A stretch of DNA of 64,000 nucleotides from an uncultured Acidobacteriota bacterium (GCA_963780685.1 CAWACZ010000004.1:71879-135878); one strand, 5' to 3'; counted from the stretch's first letter, positions 18,209 through 28,821 are shown. The notes: a model not told the origin generated them from the sequence alone. Made by a program: numbers and translations.

Positions 18209-20231
18209 ATTCGGCTGCCTGCTCTACGAGATGCTGACCGGTCGGACGGCGTTCGAACGCGAAACTGTTACCGATACGTTGGCCGCTATCGTCGATCGGG
18301 AGCCTGATTGGACTGCGCTCCCGGCAACGGTACGAGAACATCAGACGGCTGCTGCGCCGATGCCTGCAGAAGGATCCCGCGCGCCGCGTGCACGACATTG
18401 CCGATGCGGGCATTGAGATCGACGACGCGCACAACGAGCCGGCCCCCTCGACAACAGCACCAACGGCCCCGGCGTCTCGCGTGCGCGAGCGAGTGCTCTG
18501 GGCAGCGGCGCTCGTCACCGCGATCGCAGGGACAGCGACGAGCTGTAATTCAATGGCCCGGAGATCGAGCCACGCGAGGTCCGCTTCGAGATCACCACGC
18601 CGCCGACAACGGACGCTTTCTCATTGGCGGTGTCGCCAAGTGGGCGAATGCTCGTCTTTGCGGCAAACTCCGACGGCAAATTTCAGCTATGGGTGCGGGC
18701 GATGGACGCGACCGCATCACGACTGCTGCCAGGTACCGACAACGCGTCGTTGCCCTTCTGGTCGCCGGATAGCCGATCGGTGGGGTTCTTCGCCGATGGC
18801 CAGCTGAAAACCATCGCCGTCGACAGCGGATCCCTCCGCATACTGGGACCAGCTGGAGTCCAAGGCGGCGCGTGGAATGAAGACGGCACGATCCTCTTCA
18901 GCGCAGGGGCAGGGGCCGGCCTGCGACGTGTTTCTGCGGATGGCGGAGCCTCAGTTCAAATCACGCGAGTGACGTTGCAGACCAACGTTCACAGGTACCC
19001 TCAGTTTCTGCCCGGCGGCAGACGCTTCCTTTTCTACGCCAATGGGACAGAACCCGGCATCTATGTGGGAGAGCTTGGAGCGTCAGGATCCCCGCGACGG
19101 ATCCTGGACGCTCAGACGGCAATTTACGCTTCTGGGTATCTGCTCTTCGTTCGTCAAAACACCCTGTTCGCGCAGCCATTCGATTTGACACAACTGGCGC
19201 TAACCGGTGAACCCGCCGCAATTGCGGTGGGGCTGATTGCGAGCGCGGAAGGCCGGGGAGCCGCGTTGTCGGCGTCGGGTGCAGGCGTCATTGCGGTTCG
19301 GTTGGGGCCGGCTGGCGAGCAGCGCCAGTTCGTCTGGTTCGACCGATCTGGCAAGGAGCTCGAGACCGTTGCGGGATCGAACATCGGCGGCCCGTTCCAT
19401 TTCTCACCGTCACCTGACGGTCGCTCGTTGGCGATCGGTCGCAACGTGGGAGGCACGGCATCCGATATCTGGCTTCTGGACGTCGACCGCGGTGTTTCAA
19501 CCAGATTCACGTTTGACGAGGCATTCGACCTGAACGCCGTCTGGTCGCCGGACGGCAAGCGCATTGCCTTCGCCTCGAACCGCCAGGGAACGTTCGACCC
19601 GTACGTGAAAGACGTTGGGGGTTCTCAGAGCGAGGTGTTGCTCCAGACCGACCGAGAAGCGGAATCCGTCCATGCACCCGCATCAGTACGATCCCCAAGC
19701 GACTGGTCGCGCGACGGACAGTTCATTCTCATTACGCGCCAGGATGACGGTAACGATGGCATCTGGGCGCTGCCGCTCAATGGCAAGGCAGACTCCTTCG
19801 CTGTCGTCGATACGCCCTTCAATGAGGTCAACGGACAGTTCTCGCCCGATGGCCGATGGGTTGCCTACCAGTCGAATGAATCAGGACAAGTCGAGATTTA
19901 CGTCCATAGATTTCCTGGTCCCGGGCGCCGATGGAAAGTGTCCTCGGACGGCGGGGTACAGGTCCGATGGCGCGGTGACGGCAAACAGCTCTACTACCTG
20001 GCGCCAGACAACCGCCTCATGGCAGTGCCAATCCAGCTCGAATCGACCGACGACATCGTCGATGCCGGAGTCCCTGTACCCCTGTTCGCTCCCCGGTTGA
20101 GTGGAGATCCGAGAAACGGCTATGCGCGAAGTTACAGTGTGTCCGAAGATGGTCAGCGTTTCCTTGTGGACACTGTCCCGGAACTGACATTGCCGATTAC
20201 CGTCATCATGAACTGGCAGCCGAAACCGTGA
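17368..20231 (+). pseudogene. Ser/Thr protein kinase A with N-terminal sigma-associated region, TM segment and TolB-like beta-propeller tail; >=6 frame changes
   Basis: MTPDRRDEVERICQAALEHDAAARAAFLADACAGD...[13 protein letters not shown]...VAIKVL (track ORF 17137), LADPERLARFEREARLLAALNHPHIGAIYG...HRDLKPANIKI...DFGLAK...[10 protein letters not shown] (ORF 17721), VHDIADAGIEIDD...VLWAAALVTAIAG (ORF 18388), then the propeller FSLAVSPSGRMLVFAANSDGKFQLWV...WSPDGKRIAFASNRQG...FSPDGRWVAYQSNESG...LPITVIMNWQPKP* (ORF 18624). Confidence 0.85.
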
Positions 20232-20241
20232 AGCGGGCGGC

Positions 20242-20436
20242 ATGCCAAGCGATTATGCACGCGAGGTCGAGCGGATTGTTCAGGGAGCGTTAGAGCATCC
20301 TGCCGCCGAGCGCGAGGCGTTCGTGGCTGACGCGTGCGCGGGTGACGAGGGCTTACGGGGCGACCTCGAACGCCTGGTCGCGCATGACGGCGGGGCCTCG
20401 GGCTTCCTTGAAACGCCCGTGCTGGCGGCGGGACGC
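20242..20436 (+). pseudogene. orphan 5-prime fragment of a third kinase paralog (sigma-associated N-terminal region only)
   Basis: MPSDYAREVERIVQGALEHPAAEREAFVADACAGDEGLRGDLERLVAHDGGASGFLETPVLAAG parallels MTPDRRDEVERICQAALE...ACAGD..LRREVESLLAHEHTAERFIETPAL of kinases A and B, but no kinase domain follows. Confidence 0.7.
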
Positions 20437-20565
20437 TGCGGGTTTCGTTCGACCAGGCCGTCGAGGAAACGGCCGAAGCGCTCCACGTCTCCTCAAAGAC
20501 CGTGAAGCGCGACTGGCGCTTCGCCAAACTGTGGCTGCTGCGCGAGCTGGCCGGAGACACGATGA
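20437..20565 (+). pseudogene. orphan 3-prime fragment of an ECF sigma factor (region 4 HTH), read in frame into kinase B
   Basis: ctgcgggtttcgttcgaccaggccgtcgaggaaacggccgaagcgctccacgtc... parallels [38 protein letters not shown] of the sigma gene at 17230-17371. Here there is no stop before the ATG at 20562 (track ORF 20502 reads MKRDWRFAKLWLLRELAGDTMTPDRR). Confidence 0.7.
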
Positions 20566-21399
20566 CGCCTGATCGGCGAGACGAGGTCGAGCGGATCTGC
20601 CAGGCGGCGCTGGAGGTCGATGCCGCTACGCGCGCAGCATTCCTGGCCGATGCGTGTGCCGGGGACTCGGCGTTGCGCCGCGAGGTCGAGTCGCTGCTGG
20701 CGCACGAGCACACGGCCGAACGGTTCATTGAAACGCCGGCGCTCGAGGTTGCGGCAGGAGGACTGGCCGCGGTGGCCGGGCTTGTCGTCGGACGGCGCCT
20801 GGGTGTCTACGAGATTCGGTCGCTGATTGGCGCGGGCGGCATGGGTGAGGTGTATTGCGCGCGCGATCACCAACTGGGCCGCGACGTCGCCATCAAGGTC
20901 CTGCCCGACCAGTGGTTGGCCGACCCCGAGCGCCGCGCCAGATTTGAGCGCGAAGCGCGGCTGCTCGCGTCATTGAACCATCCCCACATCGGGGCGATCT
21001 ACGGGGTCGAGCAGGCTGACAGCATGCCCGCGCTCGTGCTCGAATTGGTCGAAGGTCCAACGCTCGCCGAGCGGCTGACCAAGGGCGCGCTTCCGATTAA
21101 GGAGGCACTGAGACTGGCGACGCACATCGCCGACGCCCTCGAAGCGGCCCACGAGAAAGGGATCGTCCATCGCGATCTCAAGCCGGCGAATATCAAGATC
21201 ACGCCGGCCGGCGTCGTCAAGGTGCTCGACTTCGGGCTGGCCAAAGCCACATCAGATGACGACGCGGGCCTTGATCTCTCCCAATCACCGACGGGACGCC
21301 TCAGTGGCACACGCGACGGGCTGATTCTGGGACCGCCGCCTATATGAGCCCGGAGCAGGCGCGGGGCCAGCGCGTCGACAAGCGGTCGGACATCTGGGC
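20502..21399 (+). repeat. ~0.9-kb direct repeat, copy 2
   Basis: See copy 1 (17303..18208). Confidence 0.85.
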
Positions 21400-23526
21400 G
21401 TTCGGGTGTGTGATGTACGAAATGCTGACCGGTCGCTCGGCATTTCCCGGCGCAACGGTCACCGAAACGCTGGCGGCCATTCTGGAACGGGAGCCGGATT
21501 GGACCACGCTCCCCGCCGCGACGCCGGCGAGCGTACGGAAGTTGTTACGACGGTGCCTCGAGAAGGAGACGACACGCCGCCTCCATGACATAGCTGACGC
21601 GCGTCTGGACATCGAAGAGGCGCTCACCGAGCCGGCGGGTGCCGCTGCGGTCAGCACACCGACGCCGGTCCGTAGGACTCACGAGCGGCTGTTGTGGGTG
21701 GTCGCGCTGGTGGTCGCGGTCGCCGCAGGCGCGGCCGGGAGTCTCTGGTATACGACCGGACCCGGCAGCCAGGCGCGCGACGTCGCGCGTGTGCTGGTCG
21801 GTATCGCCCCAGCCGATCAGCTCCGCGCCGCCACCGACATGCCCTTCGACCTTGGCCACTTGAGCCGGAGCGCGATCGCCCTTGCGCCGGATGGCCGGAC
21901 GCTGGTATTCAGCGCGGTCCGGGGCGATCGGCAGCAGTTGTACGCACGCACGTGGGATCAACTCGACGCGGTACCAATATCAGGGACCGAAGGTGCGGCG
22001 AACCCATTCCTGTCGCCCGACGGAAAATGGGTCGGTTTCTGGGCGAACGGCGCGCTCAAGAAGGTCCCCCGGAGCGGCGGCGCGCCGACCACGTTGTGCG
22101 AGACCACGGCGGTGTTCGGCGCGAGCTGGGGATCGAACGACGTCATCCTGTTCGCGCGCGAAAGCGGCGGCCTCTGGCAGGTTCCTCCCCTGGGCGGCTC
22201 GCCCACTGCCGTCACGGCAGTCGATGAAAAGGCAGGCGAGGTCAGCCACCGGCTCCCGCAGATCCTTCCAGGAAGTCAAGCCGTGATCTTCACCGCAACT
22301 CGAACGCTGTTTCCAAGCTGGGACGACACGCTGGTTGTCGCTCAATCGCTGACCACTGGCACGCGCAAGGTCTTGATCGAAGGAGGCGCCGACGCACACT
22401 ACGTTCCCACGGGTCACCTTGTCTATATGCGACGCTCGACGTTGATGGCCGTGCCGTTGATCCGCGCGACCTCACGGTGAGCGGAGGCTCGGTCGCTCTG
22501 TTGAGCGACGTCATGCAGGCAGCGAACATGACCCGCACGGCGCAGGATTCCGGCGCGGGGCAGTTCAGCATCGCGGCATCCGGATCGCTTGCCTATGTTC
22601 CGGGCGGTATCCACACCTTAGGGGATCGCTCGCTCGTGTGGATGGATCAATCGGGCCATATCGAGGCGCTCGCGGCGCCGCCGCGCGTCTACACCTACCC
22701 ACGAGTGTCGCCCGACGGTACGCGGGTGCTTGTTACCACCCAAGGCGATCGAAATATCTGGGTCTATGACGTTGCTCGTAGGACGACCACGAGGCTCACC
22801 GTGGAAGGCAGAAGCCAGGCGGCCATCTGGACTTCGGACGGCACGCGCGTCACGTTTGGCTCATCGACTGCCGGAACCGAGAACCTGTTCTGGGCGCCGG
22901 CCGATGGCACCGGGACTCCCGAGCGCCTCACCACGAGTCCCCTGTTTCATCGTGCATCAGCGTGGTCACCCGACGGCCAGGTTCTCGCCTTCGTCGCGTT
23001 CGCGCAGAACCAATACGACATCATGACGCTCCCCAGTGCCGGGGAACGGGAGCCCAAACCTCTTATGCGATCACGATTCAATGAGAGCCACCCGGAATTC
23101 TCGCCGGACGGCCGCTGGCTGGCGTTTTCATCCGACGAGTCCGGTCGATCAGAGATTTACGTGCAGCCCTACCCGGGGCCAGGTGCCAGGGTGTTGATCT
23201 CGACTGACGGAGGAACGGCTCCAGCCTGGGCCAGGAACGGGCAGCAGCTCTTCTATCTCGCGCCTGCGCTCCCTGAGGGCAAGGGCGGCTTCAGAATGAT
23301 GGCGGTCTCGGTGACGCCCGGGCCGCAGCTCACCGCAGGAAGACCTCGGGTGCTGTTCGAAAGCACAACACTGACTCCAGGAAACCCGGTACGCAACTAC
23401 GACGTCACATCCGACGGTCGCTTCCTGGCGGTTCGATTCCACGAGCGCTCGCCCATCAGACCGGCGCAGATCGTGCTCGTGCAGAATTGGTTCCAGGAGC
23501 TACGCCGGCGTGTCCCGGTGAACTAA
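20562..23526 (+). pseudogene. Ser/Thr protein kinase B with TM segment and long TolB-like beta-propeller tail; 2 frame changes
   Basis: Complete kinase motifs ([32 protein letters not shown]). Break 1 at ~21330 (ILGPPPI* versus [12 protein letters not shown] in kinase A: one g missing from a gggg run). Break 2 at ~22465 ([11 protein letters not shown] where [20 protein letters not shown] is expected). The tail ends NWFQELRRRVPVN*. Confidence 0.85.
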
Positions 23527-23566
23527 CTTCGTTTCGTTGCCTGTCCGTAGCCGGTTGCCGTTCTTC

Positions 23567-23652
23567 GGCGGGGTCAACGTTTCCTCGTGAACACCAGCAA
23601 GGAAGTCACGCTGCCGATCACAATCGTCCTGAACTGGAAGCCGAAGCCTTGA
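23567..23652 (+). pseudogene. orphan 3-prime fragment (last ~27 codons) of a kinase-A-type beta-propeller tail
   Basis: Translates as GQRFLVNTSKEVTLPITIVLNWKPKP*, compared with kinase A C-terminus GQRFLVDTVPELTLPITVIMNWQPKP*. Lies 41 nt after the kinase B stop. Confidence 0.7.
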
Positions 23653-23682
23653 CGAATCGCAGCCCTGAGGCCGCGAGATCGC

Positions 23683-24717
23683 CTAAGCCCGGACGCCCTC
23701 GACGATGCTCAGCGGGCACTTGGTCGGCACGACCCGAACCAGCTTCAATCCTGCCTTCCTGAACAGCTCCGCGAACTCTTCTTTCGTGCGCTCTTTTCCG
23801 CGCACGACCACCATCATCTGGATGTCGAGCAGCTTGCCCCACTCTCGATGATTGCCAGGAGCGATCAGAGGATCGGCGACGAGAATCCTGCCCTTCTCGT
23901 TCATCGCCGCACGGCAATTCCTCAAGATCCGTACGCAACTCTCATCGTCCCAGTTATGGAGGATGTACTTGAGGATGTACGCATCGCCGCCCTTCGGCAC
24001 CGACTCGAAGAAATCCCCAGAGACCAGCGTGCAGCGGCCGGCGACCGCCTTCGCCGTGACGTGCCGATCCTTCTCGGCCCGTCCGATCACCGACGGCAGG
24101 TCGAACAGCACACCCTTCAACGTCGGATTCTGCGTGAGGATGGTGCCAAGCAAACTTCCGTGTCCGCCGGCCACATCGACGATGGTCCTGATGCCGGCGG
24201 ACTTGTAGGCGGCCTTGAACGCGGCCGCGATGGCGGGATTCTCGGTCCCGGACAAGCTCGTCATCGCCTCGCCGAACACCTCGAGGTCGTCGGGATGCTT
24301 CTCGAGGTACTGGTAGAACGGCATGCCGAAGATCTTGTCGAAGGGCAGCTCCGCTGTCTGCACAGCGAAGAGGAGCTGCTCCCACGCGTACCAGACATGC
24401 TTTTCGACCAGCATGAGCGCGAACCCGTGCATCGAGGCTGGAACGTCAGTCCGAAGCGTGGCGCCGAGCGGCGTCAACTTGAATCGCCGGCCCTTGATCT
24501 CGGCAAAGACGCCGTAGCTCGCGAGCGTGCGAAGTGCGCGGTACAACGGCTGCGGCTGAACGCCCGCGGCGAGTGCCAGCTGTTCGGCCGTACGTGGACC
24601 GTCCTTGAGGAGATCCGCCAGTCCGAGTTTCGAGGCGACGTAAATAAGGCGAGAAACCCAGTAGCCGGCGATCAGATCTCGCATCGCGGCTTGGGGTGAG
24701 AGCTTCTTTTTGGGCAC
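23683..24717 (-). CDS. SAM-dependent O-methyltransferase (PF00891-type with N-terminal dimerisation/wHTH domain)
   Basis: DLIAGYWVSRLIYVASKLGLADLL...IVDVAGGHGSLLGTIL...GVLFDLPSVI...GDFF..VP.GGDAYILK.ILHNW; 344 aa intact. Confidence 0.85.
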   Translation of the reverse strand: MPKKKLSPQAAMRDLIAGYWVSRLIYVASKLGLADLLKDGPRTAEQLALAAGVQPQPLYRALRTLASYGVFAEIKGRRFKLTPLGATLRTDVPASMHGFALMLVEKHVWYAWEQLLFAVQTAELPFDKIFGMPFYQYLEKHPDDLEVFGEAMTSLSGTENPAIAAAFKAAYKSAGIRTIVDVAGGHGSLLGTILTQNPTLKGVLFDLPSVIGRAEKDRHVTAKAVAGRCTLVSGDFFESVPKGGDAYILKYILHNWDDESCVRILRNCRAAMNEKGRILVADPLIAPGNHREWGKLLDIQMMVVVRGKERTKEEFAELFRKAGLKLVRVVPTKCPLSIVEGVRA

Positions 24718-24927
24718 AGTTGAGTCGCGATGTGGGCCGTTCGGTTGGACTTGTCTTTCAGGTCGAGTCTGGCGCCCTGGCCTTACGCCTCTGCGGCCGA
24801 CGACGCCAAGCAGCGCAATCCAACAAATAGTAAGCCCATGCAGTTGGGCCGCTCAAGCAAAAGGACCGGCTGGGAATTCCGTGACCAATCTCGAGTATGA
24901 GACATTACAGAATCTGGGCGGGAACCC

Positions 24928-26454
24928 ATGACCAGTATCGCCAGGCCGCCGTGCGATGAAGCTGCGATCCGGACCGCCGTCTCGGACCGTACCCATCCTT
25001 CGTGCGGTCGCTGGGTCCTGGCGGCGACGATTCTCGCTTCGAGCATGGCGTTCATCGACGGCACGGTCGTCAACGTCGCGCTCCCGGCGTTGCAGTCGAA
25101 CTTCCGCGCGACATTGGCGGACGTGCAATGGGTCATCGAATCGTATGCACTATCGCTGGCTGCTTTGTTGTTGACCGGAGGGTCTCTGGGCGATCTTTAC
25201 GGCCGCCGAAAGATCTTTGCGATCGGGAATGCGATCTTCGCCGTCGCGTCCATCTGGTGTGGCCTGGCCCAGACGATCGAACAGCTCATTGCGGCCCGCG
25301 CGCTGCAAGGGATCGGCGCTGCGCTCCTGGTTCCGGGCAGTCTCGCGTTGATCAGCGTGTCGTTCCCAGCCGAAGAGCGCGGTCGGGCCATCGGCACGTG
25401 GTCCGGCTTTACGGCAATCACGACCGCTTTCGGGCCGGTGCTTGGCGGATGGCTGGTTCAGCACGCCTCCTGGCGCTGGGTCTTCTTCATCAACCCTCCC
25501 ATCGCGTTGGCCGTCTTGGCCATTACGTTCTGGCACATTCCGGAATCCCGATCCGGGGCGAAGGTTCATCGGCTCGACTGGTTCGGCGCATTGCTGACGG
25601 CCGCGGGGCTGGGCGCGCTCGTGTTCGCGCTCATTGAATCGGTGCCACTCGCGGGCGTCATCGGCGTCGCGTTGCTCGCGATGTTCCTGTGGTTCGAAGC
25701 ACGGTCGTCGGCGCCGATGCTTCCGCTCTCCGTCTTCCGGTCGCGCCCCTTCGCCGGAGCCAACCTCCTGACGCTCTTTCTCTATGCCGCGTTGAGCGGG
25801 GTCCTCTTCTTCCTGCCGTTGAACTTGATTCAAGTGCAGGGCTACTCGGCAACGGAAGCCGGCGCGGCGTTCCTGCCGTTCATCCTGCTGATGTTCGTGC
25901 TGTCGCGCTGGTCGGGCGGGCTCATTCAGCAGTACGGCGCACGGCGGCCGCTCGTCGTCGGACCGTTGATCGCCGGAATCGGGTTCGCGCTGTTTGCGAG
26001 GCCCGGCATCGGCGGCTCCTACTGGACGACGGTTTTTCCTGCCGTCGTCGTACTCGGCCTCGGGATGGCGATCAGCGTGGCGCCGCTCACGACGACCGTG
26101 ATGAGCTCGGTCCCGCCGGATCGGGCTGGTGTTGCGTCTGGCATCAACAACGCCGTCTCACGCGTTGCCGGACTGCTCGCCATCGCCGGGCTCGGGCTGG
26201 TTCTTTTCAGTGTTTTCGATCGGGCGCTGGATCGGCAGCTCAGCGCGCTGACGGTAGCGCCCGAGGTTCGCGCCGAAATCGACGCGCAACGCGTCAAGCT
26301 CGCCGCGGCCGAAACCAGCGATGGTCGCGGCCGTCAGGCAATCCAGGAAGCCTTCGTGACCGGCTATCGATATGTCGTGTGGATCGCTGTTGCGCTCGCG
26401 GTTGCGAGCTCGATAAGCGCGGCGGCATTGATCGACTTTCGCGAGCCGACATGA
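24928..26454 (+). CDS. MFS transporter, DHA2 (EmrB/QacA-like, 14-TMS) drug:H+ antiporter family
   Basis: [38 protein letters not shown] and many hydrophobic segments; 508 aa intact. Confidence 0.9.
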   Translation: MTSIARPPCDEAAIRTAVSDRTHPSCGRWVLAATILASSMAFIDGTVVNVALPALQSNFRATLADVQWVIESYALSLAALLLTGGSLGDLYGRRKIFAIGNAIFAVASIWCGLAQTIEQLIAARALQGIGAALLVPGSLALISVSFPAEERGRAIGTWSGFTAITTAFGPVLGGWLVQHASWRWVFFINPPIALAVLAITFWHIPESRSGAKVHRLDWFGALLTAAGLGALVFALIESVPLAGVIGVALLAMFLWFEARSSAPMLPLSVFRSRPFAGANLLTLFLYAALSGVLFFLPLNLIQVQGYSATEAGAAFLPFILLMFVLSRWSGGLIQQYGARRPLVVGPLIAGIGFALFARPGIGGSYWTTVFPAVVVLGLGMAISVAPLTTTVMSSVPPDRAGVASGINNAVSRVAGLLAIAGLGLVLFSVFDRALDRQLSALTVAPEVRAEIDAQRVKLAAAETSDGRGRQAIQEAFVTGYRYVVWIAVALAVASSISAAALIDFREPT

Positions 26455-27767
26455 CGAACCCCGACAACGACCGGGAGCTTCTGGTCGTCGCCGGCCGTGA
26501 GGTAGCGGTCTCGAACCCGGACAAGGTGCTGTTCCCTCAGCCTGGCTACACGAAGCGGGACCTGGTGCGCTATTACCTGTCGGTCGCCGATGGTGCGCTC
26601 CGCGCCGCCGGCGACCGGCCCAATGTCCTCGTGCGCTATCCGAACGGCATCGGAGGCGAGTTCTTCTACCAGAAGCGGGCGCCGCAATCCCGACCCTCGT
26701 GGGTCGAGGTTGTCTCGCTGCGCTTCCCATCCGGGCGCAGCGCGGAGGAAGTGGTGCCGAGAGACGCAGCAACACTGGCCTGGATGGCCAACCTGGCGTG
26801 CCTCGAGCTGCATCCTCACCCGGTACGCGCCGACGACCTCGACCATCCCGACGAGCTGCGCGTGGACCTCGATCCTGTGCCGGGAGTCACGTGGAGCCAG
26901 CTGCGCGAGGTCGCGCGGGTCGTGCGTGCCACCTTGGCCGACTTCGAGCTCGTGGGTTGGCCCAAAACGTCCGGTTCGCGCGGCATCCACGTCTACGTGC
27001 GGATTGAGCGGAAGTGGACATTCGCCAAAGTCCGCCGCGCAGCCCTGGCGCTGGCCCGGGAAGTCGAGCACCGAGCCCCGGGCCTGGCGACGAGCAAGTG
27101 GTGGAAAGAAGAGCGCCAGGGCGTGTTCCTCGACTACAACCAGAACGCCAAGGACCGAACGGTCGCCGGCGCTTATTCAGTGCGACCCACGCCCGACGCG
27201 CGCGTGTCAGCGCCGTTGACGTGGGACGAGATCGACGCCGCCGAGCCCGGCGATTTCACGCTCGCGACGATGCCGGCGCGTTTCGCTGCGGTCGGGGATC
27301 GGCATGCAGGCATCGACGAGCATCCGTGCTCGCTCGCGCCCTTGCTGGAGCTGTCGGAGCGCCACGAGCGCGAGGGCATGGGCGATGCGCCCTGGCCTCC
27401 TCAGTACAAGAAGCAGCCCGGTGAACCGCCGCGGGTGCAGCCCTCCCGCCGTCGTGTTCCGAAGCATCCCCTCATCGAAATCGCGCGCGCGCAGAAGAAG
27501 GAAGACGCCATCGCCGGGCTCGAGCGTTGGCGCACCCGTCACCCCGAGGCAGCGTCGCATCTCGCGCCCGCGGACGTGCTGGTCGATGCCATGCGCGGAC
27601 GATTCCGTACGTGGACCCGCATTCGCGTGAACCTGCAGCACGTGCCGGTCGAACTTCGTCCGGCGCAGGAAGCGCTCGACCCCGACGAGGTTCCAAACGA
27701 CTGGAGCGGCGTCAACCCTGATGGCGCGCCGCACCGAAGACCTTCTCGAGCTCGTAAGCCGGAGTAA
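26451..27767 (+). CDS. NHEJ polymerase/primase (LigD polymerase-domain protein) with ~130-aa uncharacterised C-terminal extension
   Basis: [23 protein letters not shown]...FFYQKRAP...[23 protein letters not shown]...[16 protein letters not shown]...[22 protein letters not shown] are LigD-Pol motifs. ATG 26451 overlaps the MFS stop (ATGA). The upstream part of track ORF 25689..27767 is out-of-frame overlap with the MFS gene. Confidence 0.85.
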   Translation: MTNPDNDRELLVVAGREVAVSNPDKVLFPQPGYTKRDLVRYYLSVADGALRAAGDRPNVLVRYPNGIGGEFFYQKRAPQSRPSWVEVVSLRFPSGRSAEEVVPRDAATLAWMANLACLELHPHPVRADDLDHPDELRVDLDPVPGVTWSQLREVARVVRATLADFELVGWPKTSGSRGIHVYVRIERKWTFAKVRRAALALAREVEHRAPGLATSKWWKEERQGVFLDYNQNAKDRTVAGAYSVRPTPDARVSAPLTWDEIDAAEPGDFTLATMPARFAAVGDRHAGIDEHPCSLAPLLELSERHEREGMGDAPWPPQYKKQPGEPPRVQPSRRRVPKHPLIEIARAQKKEDAIAGLERWRTRHPEAASHLAPADVLVDAMRGRFRTWTRIRVNLQHVPVELRPAQEALDPDEVPNDWSGVNPDGAPHRRPSRARKPE

Positions 27768-28821
27768 CCTCGAGCTGGTCGTAGCGGCAGTCGCCCGGTC
27801 GTTTGTCCGGCCGCCATCGCTGAAAGACCGAGGCATGGCGAAAGCGCTGCCCCTGAAGGTGGTCGTACTTCACCTCACACACCCGTTCGACCCGAAGCGG
27901 CTCCCACGAGAGATCCTTGCCAGCGCTCCAGCGGCTCTGCCCTCCCGGCATTCGAGTCATGGCGGCGCCCCCGGCCTCCGCCCATTCGCGCCAGGGGTGA
28001 TCTTTCAATGCGCCCTCGCGCAGCGGCGCCAATTCCTCGACGAGCTGCTTGCGAGTTGCCATCGTGAACGAGGAGGTGACACCGATGTGCTGCAGCACCC
28101 CGCGGCTGTCGTACAGCCCGAGGAGCAGCGAGCCGATCTTGTCCTGGCCGCTCTTGTGCCAGCGGAAGCCTGCAACGACGCAATCGGCTGTCCGGGCATG
28201 CTTGACCTTGATCATCGCGCGCTTGCCGGGCTGGTAGACGCCGCTGGCCGCCTTGGCGACTACGCCGTCGAGCCCGGCACCCTCGAAGTGCGCCAGCCAT
28301 TCAGCGGCCACGACACGGTCCCGTGTCATCGGCGTCAGATAGATCGGCGGATCGACAGTGGCCAGCAATTTTTCGAGAAGCGCTCGTCGCTCATGCTGCG
28401 GCTCGGCGAGAAGCTCTCGACCGTCGATGGCCAGAAGGTCGAATCCGACGAAGGCCGCCGGCGTTTCTTTCGCCAGCTTGGCGACGCGCGATGCCGCAGG
28501 ATGCAGCCGAAGCTGGAGGGCATCGAAATCGAGACCGGCTTGCGTGGCAATCACGATCTCTCCGTCGATCACGCAGCCGTCCGGGAGCTTCTCGAGAAAC
28601 ACCTCGTGCAGCTCGGGAAAGTACCGATCGAGCGGCCGCAGATCCCGACTCTGGATGAACACCTCGGACGTCCCGCGGAAGACGATGGCGCGGAAACCGT
28701 CCCATTTGGGCTCGTACAGAAACCCGTCGCCGGTCGGCAGCGTGTCCGCCAAGGTCGCAAGCATGGGCTCGATCGGGGGAGCAATCATGGAGTCGATCTT
28801 CGCACGTTGCCCGTAGCGCAT
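27712..28821 (-). CDS. ATP-dependent DNA ligase (LigC/LigD-ligase-domain type)
   Basis: PMLATLADTLPTGDGFLYEPKWDGFRAIVFRG (adenylation KxDG), DGEIV, LLGLYD, RFRHASVFQRWRPDKRP. Start uncertain (28821 or 28788). The 3-prime end overlaps the convergent polymerase gene by 56 nt. Confidence 0.85.
   Translation of the reverse strand: MRYGQRAKIDSMIAPPIEPMLATLADTLPTGDGFLYEPKWDGFRAIVFRGTSEVFIQSRDLRPLDRYFPELHEVFLEKLPDGCVIDGEIVIATQAGLDFDALQLRLHPAASRVAKLAKETPAAFVGFDLLAIDGRELLAEPQHERRALLEKLLATVDPPIYLTPMTRDRVVAAEWLAHFEGAGLDGVVAKAASGVYQPGKRAMIKVKHARTADCVVAGFRWHKSGQDKIGSLLLGLYDSRGVLQHIGVTSSFTMATRKQLVEELAPLREGALKDHPWREWAEAGGAAMTRMPGGQSRWSAGKDLSWEPLRVERVCEVKYDHLQGQRFRHASVFQRWRPDKRPGDCRYDQLEVTPAYELEKVFGAARHQG

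Noticed and set aside
17303-21399. Diversity-generating retroelement (template/variable repeat) explanation for the kinase repeats
   Set aside because: The substitutions between the repeats are of all types, not adenine-specific, and no reverse transcriptase gene is present in the window.
25689-26450. N-terminal 250 aa of track ORF 25689..27767
   Set aside because: It overlaps the MFS transporter in another frame. The LigD-Pol homology starts at the ATG at 26451.
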